Program-made: the position numbers and the translations under genes
Assembly (NCBI GenBank): GCA_000165425.1
Contig: CT867997.1
Location: forward strand, 248,001 to 312,000
DNA from: Paramecium tetraurelia
Taxonomy: Eukaryota
Direction: 5' to 3'
DNA length: 64,000 nucleotides
The notes under the pieces: generated by a model
The model's database searches: none
Told to the model about the DNA's origin: nothing
What the model saw: only the letters and a program-made list of their open reading frames with translations
Shown here: one piece after another, positions 1-12,293 of the stretch
How positions within the stretch are numbered: the first letter of the stretch is position 1
Layout: every line of letters begins with the position of its first letter

Positions 1-1844
1 TTATTATGCTGCTTATCTCTCAGCCTTTTTCTCAGCTTTCTTCTTCTCGGCTTCTAATTTCTTTTATTATTTTTTGCTCTCTGGATTTGGTTACTCTTAT
101 TATTTCTATTATTTTGGTTATTCTTATTATTATTCTTATTATTATTATTACTATTATTCTTTCTTTTATTCATCAACAGTTCCGGTTTGAACTGATTTCA
201 AATCTAATTTGGTTTAAATACTGGCTGCTTTAGTCTTACCATCTGGAATATAAATCAATTCATATTTATCTCCAACAATTTTATCTATTCTGAAAAAGCC
301 TCTTCTCTCAAATTACAATACGGATCCTACATAATATTATATATTTACCAACTTAGAGTGTCTTAATTCCAGCATCAGCGAATGCTTCAGTAACATACTT
401 ACTATTTGGATTGTAATAGTCATCAAATTTGTGATATTTTTCAATAGTTTTAACTTTAATGAGATGATCATATTCAACCAAATCTACATTGACAATAGGA
501 GTATCCTTAGCAAGCCAAGTATATTTATTGGTAGTTTTGAAATCCTTATCATCTGGTAAGTTCTCACCAGTCAATAAGATTTATCCATCAACCTCCTTTT
601 TGTCTGTTATTTTAACATTTCCCCATTTCATTAAAGTGATTTTCTCATCTACTTTAATATCTTTGGCATCCTAAGCCTCTATATATAATTGGCTGCTTCT
701 AAATAATGGTCTTGTGCCTAATTCATTATTTTTAGGATGTTATGGCACAGTGACTACATTAACACCTTAATCATCAAAATTTGAAATAGACAAAATAGCA
801 ATCCCTTCCTTTCCGACAGCTGTGTATCTTGGAGCAATTGGATCAATCTTAGTGAAATTGGTCGACCAAAGCTTATCCCAAGTCTAAAGATTAGCATTTT
901 TTGATGGTCCTTATTCCAACATAAAATCATGTAAGGCTTCGACTGTGATTCCTCTTCTTATGATACCTCTAAGAGTTGGGAAACGAGGATCCTGCCATCC
1001 TTCTACAACCTTTTAATCTACAAATTCTTAAAGTTTTCTCTTGCTCAAACAAGTATTAACAAAGTTCAATCTTGAAAATTCATAAATCTCAACTGGTCTT
1101 AGTTCCAATTCTTTTTGTACCCATTAATATTATTCAATTCTATCTGAGTATTCGTTAGTTCTCATTGCATGAGTAACTCCTTCGATACTATCCAAAATTG
1201 GGCATACAAAATCATAAGTTGGGTATGCCTTATATTTGGTACCTGTTCTATGATGTGGTATTTAATTTGTTCTGTAGAGAACTGGATCTCTTAAACATTT
1301 ATTTAAAGCCTTCATATCGATTTTAGCTCTCAAACAATAATCAAAAGTCTTTCCACTTAACATTTATTCAAATTTCTCGAGATTTTCTTCCACAGAGTTA
1401 TTTCTATTGACACTCTCAATACCATCAAATCTTTCCTACTTCATAACTTCTTTAGCTGTATTATCACAATAGGCCAATCCTTTTCTAATTAAGAATCTTG
1501 CCTTTTCCTCAACAAGGTCAAAGTAATCACTTGAATGTGACAAGTTTGCCCACTCGATTTAAAGAGTTTTCAAGTCTTCTAAGATTGCCTCTTGATATTC
1601 AGCCTTCTCTTTTGATGGATTTGTATCATCAAAACGTACCAACATTTTGCCTTCATACATTTTGGAATATCTATAATTCAGTACTGATGCTTTTATGTGA
1701 CCAATATGTAAATAACCAGATGGCTCGGGTGGAAATCTGGTACAAACTTATCCTAAAATGAAGAAATATAAGAGATAACTACCTTTAACTGCTCCTTTCA
1801 ATACATCATATTGTGCTTATCTCTTAAGGTTTGGCTTACTTCAT
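1..1844 (-). CDS. Cytosolic glutamyl-tRNA synthetase (3' end runs off the window)
   Basis: Table-6 translation gives [21 protein letters not shown] (class I HIGH motif), [36 protein letters not shown] and [12 protein letters not shown], then IPDG followed by a Q/K-rich tail. Introns at 327-348 (22 nt) and 1753-1782 (30 nt). The start needs a 19-nt intron or a 1-nt correction (see findings). Confidence 0.95.
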
Positions 1845-1919
1845 GGTAAAATTTTTAAAAATAATTTTAAATAAATTCATAAGTAATTCTTACATAATTT
1901 AAACACATGTATTAATTAA

Positions 1920-2187
1920 TCATCGTAATAACAATACATAAGCACCCATAATAAAACATAAAACTGATACTAATGGCGATAATCTATCCTACACATTATA
2001 TTATTGTTAAATACTCCAATGACTGCACTTCTTCTAAAGAATCCTCTAAATCCATGTCTATGTGAATTAATTAAATCAGGTTTCATTTGTCTGATATAAG
2101 TTGATGTGCATATAACAAGCAACAAAATCACTATCATTGTTGAGAAGTTGAAAATTCCAAACTAATTGTCATGCAATAAATTACCAT
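1920..2187 (-). CDS. TMEM167: Protein kish (TMEM167/Ksh1 family), ~72 aa
   Basis: Spliced product MFGIFNFSTMIVILLLVICTSTYIRQMKPDLINSHRHGFRGFFRRSAVIGDRLSPLVSVLCFIMGAYVLLLR* matches the kish pattern (IFNF..LLLICT.TYIR..IG.RLSP.VS..C). Introns at 2162-2184 and 1989-2014. Absent from the ORF track. Confidence 0.92.
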
Positions 2188-2403
2188 GCCTTCCTGAATT
2201 CTCTACTTATTTATAATAATTTATATAATATGATCAAAAATTACTTTATCCCTTGATAGATAATATGATATAATATTGAAGAAGTAAGTTTGATAAAATC
2301 TTGAATTAGTTGATACACTTATATATTTATTTCATATTCATTAGAATTCGTCCCCTCTTCTTTTAATGTAATGTTTAAGTTCCTTGACATTCTCTAAACA
2401 TCA

Positions 2404-3538
2404 TCATAATATCCTTTGAATGGTCTCTCTTTCTCTCTAACTAATATATAATACAAATTCCAATTACTTTTCTTATAACTTGAACTAATAGACATTATCT
2501 TCCTAATCACATTCAACTGCCCTATCTCCTCTTTACTTTAATTTATTGTCCTGTTCTTAGACAGCTTCATCTCTATCCATGGTTAATACTTTGATTTATG
2601 CTTCCAAAACATTTACATCTGAATCTAGTTCCTCTATGATTGCACTTACATCTCTTAGATCTTGATTTAAGTTTTTGAATAATCTTTAGAAATAGGACTC
2701 TCTGATATCATCCACTGATCTTAATAGACTTCTGGCTATGTCAATATAGTTTTCTAAATCATTGCAGGTCTCTACTAATTATCTTACAGTTTCTTCATGT
2801 TTAGAAATTTGGCCTGCTTTCAATTGTTCCATCACTGTAAACAATGAACTATAGCCCTGTAAATGTTTGAAATCGCCTTGGTTTAGAGATCATAGAATAC
2901 CTGCTTTGAGACTTGCATAGCCTAATAAATTAGTAACTTTATCAACATCGTCTTCTTGGAGTTGAATAAACGCTGTCTCTCCATTGTCGTTTTCATACAA
3001 AGCAGCCTCAAATATCTCTCTAACTGCAACAACAGCAGATATGGCAGCTTAATGTTCTCTTTGATATACATGTATATACTTACTCAAGTCTAGAATCGAA
3101 GATGCACTTTTATTTCTCTCTATTTTATTAGATCTCATCTATTCTATTAAGTAACATAGTCTTCTCTTTCTTTTTGTTTTGAAGAGTGTTAACTTTTTTG
3201 GTTTTGTCTGGTATTTTATCATCCAAGGCTTGTTGCATGTCCATAATACGCGCTTTCAATAAAGCTGCATAATTATCAAAATCTCCGAGATCTTTAGTGC
3301 ATTTGGATGAGAATGCCTTATGTTTTTCATCAATATTAAGGAATTCTGTCTCATAAGACAATGCTTAATCTCTCAAAATTTGGAAGACTCTATCTAATGG
3401 CTCTTTGCTTCTCACAGCAATTTAGACTGTATCCAAGAATGTTTTGCCTAATTAAGTTTGCTCCAATTTAGTAATTTCCTCTTCAAATTTGAGTTCGATA
3501 TTTACACTCAGACCTAAAAGTAGAAATATTATTAGCAT
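2404..3538 (-). CDS. Trichocyst matrix protein (TMP/GRL)-like precursor
   Basis: Hydrophobic signal MLIIFLLLGLS, the TMP-type segment LEQTQLGKTFLDTVQIAVRSKEPLDRV, two coiled-coil halves each with a Cys, and a central AFIQL motif. Three small introns. The true end may be 2338 (see findings). Confidence 0.8.
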
Positions 3539-3563
3539 GTTAATCGTTTTTATTTATATAATA

Positions 3564-4331
3564 ATGTTAATATTTATTTAATTGATAGTTGGAGTACTCT
3601 CAAATGAAAAAGTGATAACATAACAAGTGGCATTACAAATGGCCTCACTAAGTTTAGTGGGAACAGACTCATCCCCAGCATTCTTAGAATTTATAAGTCT
3701 TCCTCATTCAACATCTCGAATAACGATTGACCGAGCTGTGAAATGGACATTCAATGAGGACATAGTATTATCTATATCACCTTTGGAATTCTATACATCT
3801 GCAGAGAAGGCCTCCTTTCATTCATTGAGAATCCAAGGTAACTTTTACTATAAAAACCAACCATAATGGATGCTTTGGTGGTAAGAAAACTATTGGTAAT
3901 AGCCAGTAGATTGGAGTGATAACTCAATATCCACATGTGGAGGTATCAGTATGTTGGGTGGTTATGGTAAATTTGCAGGAGGGGAGGTTCAGAAAACCTT
4001 TGTTGAATTGCCTCAACACAGTAAAGTTAGGATTGTAGCCAATTATCATTTTATAGATGGGTGGGGAGGAGAAACAGGGTTCTTAAGAGCCAGTATAGGT
4101 AGAATGGATGGAATGGAATATGTTTGGACTGAGAAATACGATTATTCTAAAGTCAAGAATGGCATTTCTGTATGTGGCAGTAGATATCCTGAAGGAAAGT
4201 TGACTTCAGTAATTGATGTTTCATTCCCGCATACGAAGGATACTATTAAGTTGGGTTTTGGAAGCACCTTAGACAATGATCCACTTGAGAATTCATTCGG
4301 AATATCGAATTTGTAGATTTACCTGATCTGA
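3564..4331 (+). CDS. Secreted protein with CGG..MLGGYG / LP.H..VRI..HFID.W.GE domain (family not named with certainty)
   Basis: Intronless 255-aa ORF under table 6, joining two track fragments. Hydrophobic N-terminus MLIFIQLIVGVLS; ends FGISNLQIYLI*. Confidence 0.8.
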
Positions 4332-4370
4332 TCTGATAATTAATTTATTTATTTTGTGACATTTTCACAA

Positions 4371-5086
4371 ATGATAATTAGAAGATGTTCAATTTCTAAT
4401 TCTACATCTCAAAGATCATAGTCTTAAAAGTAATCGCTAAGTATAATACTTTTGTAGAATGTCAGAAAATGAATAATGCAGTAGTAATTCTCACTTCTCA
4501 ACATGCTGTAGCAATACTTCATCAGAAATCGATGAGATCGATGACCCTTTGAATTATGCTTCCTTCAATGATTTCCAGACTGTCTTACCCCTCGTGATTA
4601 ATGGTGTCAAAATTCAGAAAGTAACCTGGGATCTCTTCTCTGCCCCTCCAAATGTATATTCTCAATGGAAAGCTCATTGTTTTTGGACAGTTGGCTATAC
4701 CTACGACTTTACGATGAAGAAAATGAAGCACAGCAACAATATCAGGTATAGATTGAGTGTAAATGCATGGTGCTGTTTAAACAGTAAATCATGGGTAAAA
4801 AATAAATGGGATCGTTTGTTGGAACATGAAACTGGGCATTATCTTATTGGGTGCTTGTGTGCTTTAGAATTCAAGGCGAGGTAACATTGCCGTATCCTAT
4901 CGTAGAGCTGAGAAAACTAAATTCACCAAGAACTATAGACTCGAATCAATGAGAATCTTCTAAGATACATTCTAGGAATATCTCTCCCTGGAAAGAAGGT
5001 ATGACGAAGAAACCAATCACAGTCAAAATATCAGCAGATAAAAGGAGTGGAATGAATTCATCATTAAGGAATTACAAAAATACTGA
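4371..5086 (+). CDS. DUF922-like putative Zn-dependent peptidase (HExxH)
   Basis: Motif order VTWDLF..P / KSWV / LLEHETGHY / RYDEETNHSQN..QKEW..I..EL resembles bacterial DUF922 proteins. Two GT-AG mini-introns (from ~4429 and ~4881). Confidence 0.75.
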
Positions 5087-5121
5087 TTTTATTATTATTA
5101 ATAATATATCTACAAATATTA

Positions 5122-6372
<1,251 letters not shown>

Positions 6373-6714
6373 TGAGTAAAATATTTCAATTAAAGTCACT
6401 ACTTCATTAATACATATATAATCCACAAATAACTCTTCAATTAGGCTACATAATTTTATTTGTTTTTTTATTAAAAATTGTAAGAGATTCTTCATCAATA
6501 GAGCATAAAGGGTAAAGTAAAGGAAAAAGTACTTTTAGTAATCTAGTGTATATTAATATATTTTTGTAATATCCTTATTTAAGCATTTAAAAAATGATAC
6601 ATTATTGTTTCAATAAATAATATCTACATTTTAGTTGAAATATATTTTATTTTTTAAGTTAGTAGTGATTTAAATAAAATATAATATGTAATTGATATAA
6701 TAACAAATTATTCC

Positions 6715-7746
6715 TCAAGTTTCTTATTAAAGTTCTTCTTAAACAAATTAATTATCCTCTTCATTATTATTCTCCTCATTATTATCCTCTGATGGCTAAA
6801 TAATTATTTACGGAATATTCTATTACTACTCTTCTAAATTATTAGAACTAGATTTAGCTTTTAATTGTTGGTAATTAATCTCTGTCTACAATTCTTAAAT
6901 TTATTGAAGTTATTATTAATAGTTTATTTCTATCTATTTTAATTTTTCTTAAAGTTAAGAGTGTTCAGAACTCAATTATTACTTTTCTAATTTTAATCCT
7001 TTGCACTCCTCTTGCAATTAATTAATTTTCTCGTTTATTTTATCAATTACTGATACTAAATCAAGGTTTTCAATGCTATATTTTCCAAAATTTGATTTAG
7101 AGAGGTCTTCAATTTTAGTTTTTAAGATAATATACTCTTATTCAAGTTTTTTAAATTTTTGCATCCATTATTAGACGTCTTTATTTTGCTTTTCTCTACT
7201 AGTTTAACTTTTTTGATTAAGCGTCTCTATAGTCTATTCTAATGCTTCATTCATTTTTTCGCAAATGATAATTTTCTCTTTGAATTCCTTGGTTTCTTAT
7301 TATTCCTGCAATAATTTTTATTATAAATGAGAAACAAGTTGATTTAATTCCTCAATCTATTGTTTTAGTTAAGTAATTTAGCATCTCTGTTGTTCAATCT
7401 GAAAATCTGACTTTTTTAACTATTCTAAAGCAATTTTTTAAATATTGAGATTATCCCTTTATAATTGGAGGATCAGGGAATCCTTTTAATCGATTTGAGT
7501 TTTAAATTAGACTTTAATTATTTCGAAATCTTCATTTGATGGATCTGTTATTTTAGATGGAGTTGCTTATTTTATTAGTTAATTCAGCTTCTCAATCTAT
7601 TGTTCTTATTTTAAGCATTTTTCTTATAGTTATGACACCAATTATTAATTAGTATCATTGCTGTAAAATATCTTCTTTTACTTTTTGAGTTGTTCATATT
7701 ATAATTTCCAATATGTACCATCTTCATTATTTTTATTTGGTCTCAT
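6715..7746 (-). CDS. Hypothetical coiled-coil protein
   Basis: Open table-6 frame starting MRPNKNNEDGTYWKLQYEQLKK, Q/E/K/L-rich heptads, acidic N-rich tail, TGA at 6717-6715. Confidence 0.75.
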
Positions 7747-7799
7747 AAAAATATTAATCAGCTGTATAAATTGGGAACACCTAGTAAAACATCATAAGT

Positions 7800-7870
7800 G
7801 GCTTGTTAGTATATCGGTAGTACGCTTGCTTTGGGTGCAAGTAGGTCGGGTTCAATTCCCGAACGAGCCC
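7800..7870 (+). tRNA. tRNA-Pro (anticodon TGG)
   Basis: Acceptor stem GGCTTGT/ACGAGCC, anticodon arm CTTGC-TTTGGGT-GCAAG, T-arm TCGGG-TTCAATT-CCCGA. No intron. Confidence 0.96.
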
Positions 7871-7873
7871 AAC

Positions 7874-7882
7874 TTTTTTTTT
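7874..7882 (+). terminator. RNA polymerase III oligo-dT terminator
   Basis: T9 run starting 4 nt after the tRNA 3' end. Confidence 0.8.
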
Positions 7883-8881
7883 ATTCTTATTTAGATTCAG
7901 ATTTCATCATAATTTAAACAAAATCTATTTTTAATTGTATTGTTAAATATCGTAAAATAATTAGAGATAAACATATATAAAATTCATAATGATTGTAGTT
8001 TAAAATTTATTTTGATGCAGGCTAAGCATCATTATGATATATGAAAGCAAATCTGTGTTCAAAGATGAGAAATTCATGAGGTAGTAATATTGTTTCTAAA
8101 TATATCTCTTATCCTTCTAAAGAGGTTTTCTTCTATTTCTTTTTTGATTTGATTTGTTAAATCGGTAATAATTTTGAGTATATATGATAATACTGTTTAT
8201 AGAATCTTTAAAAAAAATATTGGCAAGACAGTTAATATTTGCAATTTATATTTTGATTTTATATTGACTTAAAATGCAGAGTGGTCTTTCCTAGAAATAT
8301 TTACTAAAATAATTAAGAAATAAATAGATCATTTGAAAAAGATGAGAATTTATCTGGATTAAATCGATAAGCTACTATTTAAACAAGAAGAGGCAATAAT
8401 TGAATTAATAAACCTTTTTTCTCAATAAAAGAGAATGGATATAATATTGGACATACTTGGAACTATTAGGTTTAAAGTTGTTAAATAATAAGTAAATTGA
8501 ATGATAATTTTAGGTTCTTTTATTCCTTTTAATTATGAAAGAAAATTTGGTAAAAAAATTATTTGAATTAAAAATATGAAAAATTACAGAATTATGTCAA
8601 ACTGAAAATCGGAGATAGATTTGAATGAGATTAATTTGGAAAAAATACTACGAAATTATTTTTAGATAATTATGCCAGTAAATCATATTGTATGTATATA
8701 AAATTTTATAAATATATTAAAGATGTACATCAAATTTAATTATATATTTAACGTTTTCTATATGTAATCCAGATATAAATCGGATATACTAAATTTTATT
8801 TTGAGCTCGTCAAAACGTAGTTAAAATTTACATTTGTCTTATAAAAAATAATTTTTTATTATCCTAAAATTTATTTATTGT

Positions 8882-9606
8882 ATGGGAGCGTTATAAACTT
8901 GTATCAAATAAAGAATCTGTGATCAATAGACTGAGTATTACATTCCTTCAATCTAGAAAAGAAAACAACTTATTAAGCATCCACATAAATAAAATACATT
9001 GATTCCTCCACCTTCATAGTTAGGAGAGGTTTATGAATCATTAGAACTATTAGAATTATCACTACATGAAAATAACATTAATCTAAACATTAATAAAACA
9101 GCTATTTTAATTAGGAGTTGCACTAATCCGAAATCTACTTAATTCAACCCGAACATAAATCTATCTTTGAAATCTAATATCCAAAATCAATAAACCATTC
9201 AAAATTTATCATTTTAAGATTCTTTCGAGTAGAGAGAGTAAGAGATAATGTAAAAGAAATAGGCTTATAAAGATTCTTAATTTAAAATATTTGCACATAA
9301 CCAGGGTGAAAAAAAGGAAGCTCATGCTCATAACATAAATAGCAATTCAATAGCTTAGAGAGCTCAATTTTCTAATAATGAGGATTCTCCAGTCTCAATC
9401 CAAAGAGATTCTGACACAAACACAAAAAAAGTATATTGAAAAACAAATAACAAATAATCACTAATTAACTACAAAGTGGAGTTAGATTAAGATAATAATA
9501 ATAAGCAATCAATAATGAAACTCAATCTCAAAAAACACCAAAAAGTTAAAAGCGAGTTAAATTTGATCCAAAAATATTTAGACCCAAAAATTCTCATTTC
9601 TTTTGA
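8882..9606 (+). CDS. Hypothetical protein with MG start and SILK/RVxF PP1-docking-like motifs; one frameshift at ~9430
   Basis: The MGALQTCIK frame stops at 9437-9439. The -1 frame continues SILKNK...KRVKFDPKIFRPKNSHFF* to 9606. Confidence 0.65.
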
Positions 9607-10345
9607 TGAAATTAAATCTAATTTTTTTCTTATATTCATTTTAAAATCATATTAAAATACTTCTTAGGATATTAAAAGGTTACCTATTTTTCTTAAATTC
9701 TGCACATTACATAGCAGTTTTAGAACAAATAAATAAATTTACAGGGATAATAAAATTTTGATATATAAATAATAATTTTAAAGAAATCAATATTATTTCT
9801 CTAAGTAAGAATCAATAGTATATTAGCCATCTCTAAAATTACCTTCTCTTTATAAATACATAATCAATTTTTAAGCCAGTTTAAAATTTAGAGACTATAA
9901 ATTTTCGTAAGAAAAATTAGTATTTTCATTAACTCTTCCACTTTTATTCATATACTTTAATTTGAGAATTTACAAGCTAAAACCTAATTCAATACTTCAT
10001 CAAATTTCAAAGGTGAAAGAATTTCATTACTCGTTCCATCCAATTCAAAATCCAAATAATTGTTTGTCCACATCATAACAAGTATTTAGAAGGAACGGGA
10101 ATTCCAGAAATACTTATTGATTGGAAGATCATAATCAAAATAAATCATTTAAAGCTCCTTAACATATAAGCACTCATCTATGTATTCAAATTTTGACAAT
10201 TATCATTTGAATAAGGTTCGTCATGAGACTATAAATCTCTCAGCCTCATTTGAAATATTGTTATTCAAACATTATTTTAGATTTATTACTAATATTTTAA
10301 TAAAACATAATATGTAAAATGAATTAGATGTTCTAATAGATTTAA

Positions 10346-12293
10346 TCAACTTTTCAATATCATTTATTCACTAATTTAACGGAATGTTTCTAAATGAGGT
10401 TCTTCTATCGCATTATATTTTTCAGTTTTATATATGTTTGAAGTTTTCTTATAAAATTTTTAACTTGTTATCAAATTCTATGAAGGGTGTAAGGATATTA
10501 TTGGAATTAAATGAAAGTCCTCTAATGATCTAAACAAATAAAACGAGATTTTGTTCTATTTTTCAATGCCATTTTATTTAAAGTGAATTTATTTATAGGG
10601 TCCAATTTATCTGATTATCATTAAAGCAATTGGAATTTCTAAATTTAATTATTAATAGCTATTATGTCTTAATTCTTCTAAGCTTTAAGGATTTAGAATT
10701 GGTAATTTACTAATCTTTTCAGCTGTGAAAACTTGACCATTGTAAATTATATCAAATTTTATGAATTTTTAATTCAAATCATCCTAACTCACTTCATCCT
10801 TCAACTCAATTACAATCTATTCGGTATTTTAGTAAATGAAGAATAAGCAATTTATAAGTAACTGCTTTAGTTTTTTTTGATCAGTATATATACGATTATC
10901 AGTCAAATGAGAAATTAATTTAATTTTGTTATTATCTCTTTTAGGGAAAAGTATGTTAAAGATTGAAATGCATTCTTGTATACAATTAGAAATATCAAAA
11001 TGATTGAGAACAATCTTGGCAAATGTAGAATTCACGTTTGCAAAATCTTGTATGTTATTAATGTCAGTATAGGTTTTCGTAATTTGGCTATTCAAGAATA
11101 AAAATATTTTTTGATTATCAAACAATTACTATTTATTTTTCTTTAACTTTTCATATTATAAAATTTGTTTGAGATAAATCAAACAGATCCTTATCCTGGA
11201 TTATATACTTTCCTAAACCTAACTTAATAGTTTATTATTTATTTTTAGTTTATACTTCAATGATTTATTTTATGACTCTCTTCTGTTTTCTTTGATCAAA
11301 ATAATTAGACAAGGTTTTGTATCTTCACTACGAATTATTTTAATATGATGAACATCTAATCCAATCAGCCCAATCAATTCATAAGTTTAATTATCTTTAG
11401 TGCAATTCTTAGTTATTTCTTGCATTTTCTCCTGATTCATAAATAAATAGAACAAAAACTATTCTAGGTTAAGCTTATTTTATTGATTGAGCATTTGAGA
11501 AGATGGTATAATAGACTTCCTTCTTCTCTAACTGAATAAAATCACTCTTATACTTCTTATCAGATTTATGAAACTGTTTTATTTAATTTCAGTAATTTAT
11601 GAGACCCTGTTTTGTCTGATTAAATCGATTGAATTATTGCCTAAGTTATAGTGAACAATATAGGATTGAATATCTATCTATTAATATAAATTGTCTTCAA
11701 CAATGTCTTTATTATTCATTATTATAAATTAGATTCTAGTTTGCCATTCGTTTATATAATAACTGTAGATTGCTATCATACTAGAAAAAATAAATAACAA
11801 AATTTCTCTCCAACCATCCTAAACTAGGTAGAGAGATGTGATATTAAGGATGAGCACTATTACTGTAATGAAGGTTTTTACTAAATAACTCTATTAAGAG
11901 ATTATCCTAATATAATTATTTATTTTACCCGAGAGTTCCTAAACAAATGAAGTAGCTTTCTAATACTTCTCTATTATTAAAATGGTTTAAAAAGCCATAC
12001 TTAATTGGGTGTTAAATGTTGTAAATTATTATTGCTATTAAGGTTAAAGTATTGTTAACAGATGCCAATTATTATTTAAAAATATAGCCAAACAACATGA
12101 TCAAAAGTCCAAGTAAACTTAAAATAGTTTCAAACCACAGCTTTTGCAATACGTTTTCTAGAATTTCAAATAATATTAGAATTATGAGAAAAAGTCTATA
12201 AACAGTTTAACTCTATAATTAATAGCTTTTCCTTTAGGAGGAATATCGATGTTCAAACTCTGAATTATTGAACCTTAATGTAATATAATTCAT
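10346..12293 (-). CDS. Membrane-bound degenerate histidine-kinase-like protein
   Basis: Starts MNYITLRFNNSEFEHRY, followed by several hydrophobic segments and HisKA/HATPase-like remnants (INNIQDF..FDISNCIQECI..IYTDQKKLKQLLINCL..IALMIIRQIGP). No receiver domain before the TGA. Confidence 0.7.

Noticed and set aside
2190..2340. SECIS element that could recode the TMP TGA-TGA as selenocysteine
   Set aside because: No convincing AUGA/AA/GA stem-loop seen, and Sec in a coiled-coil helix is implausible.
7685..7894. 69-aa ORF in the track
   Set aside because: It overlaps the tRNA-Pro and the antisense of a real gene; spurious.
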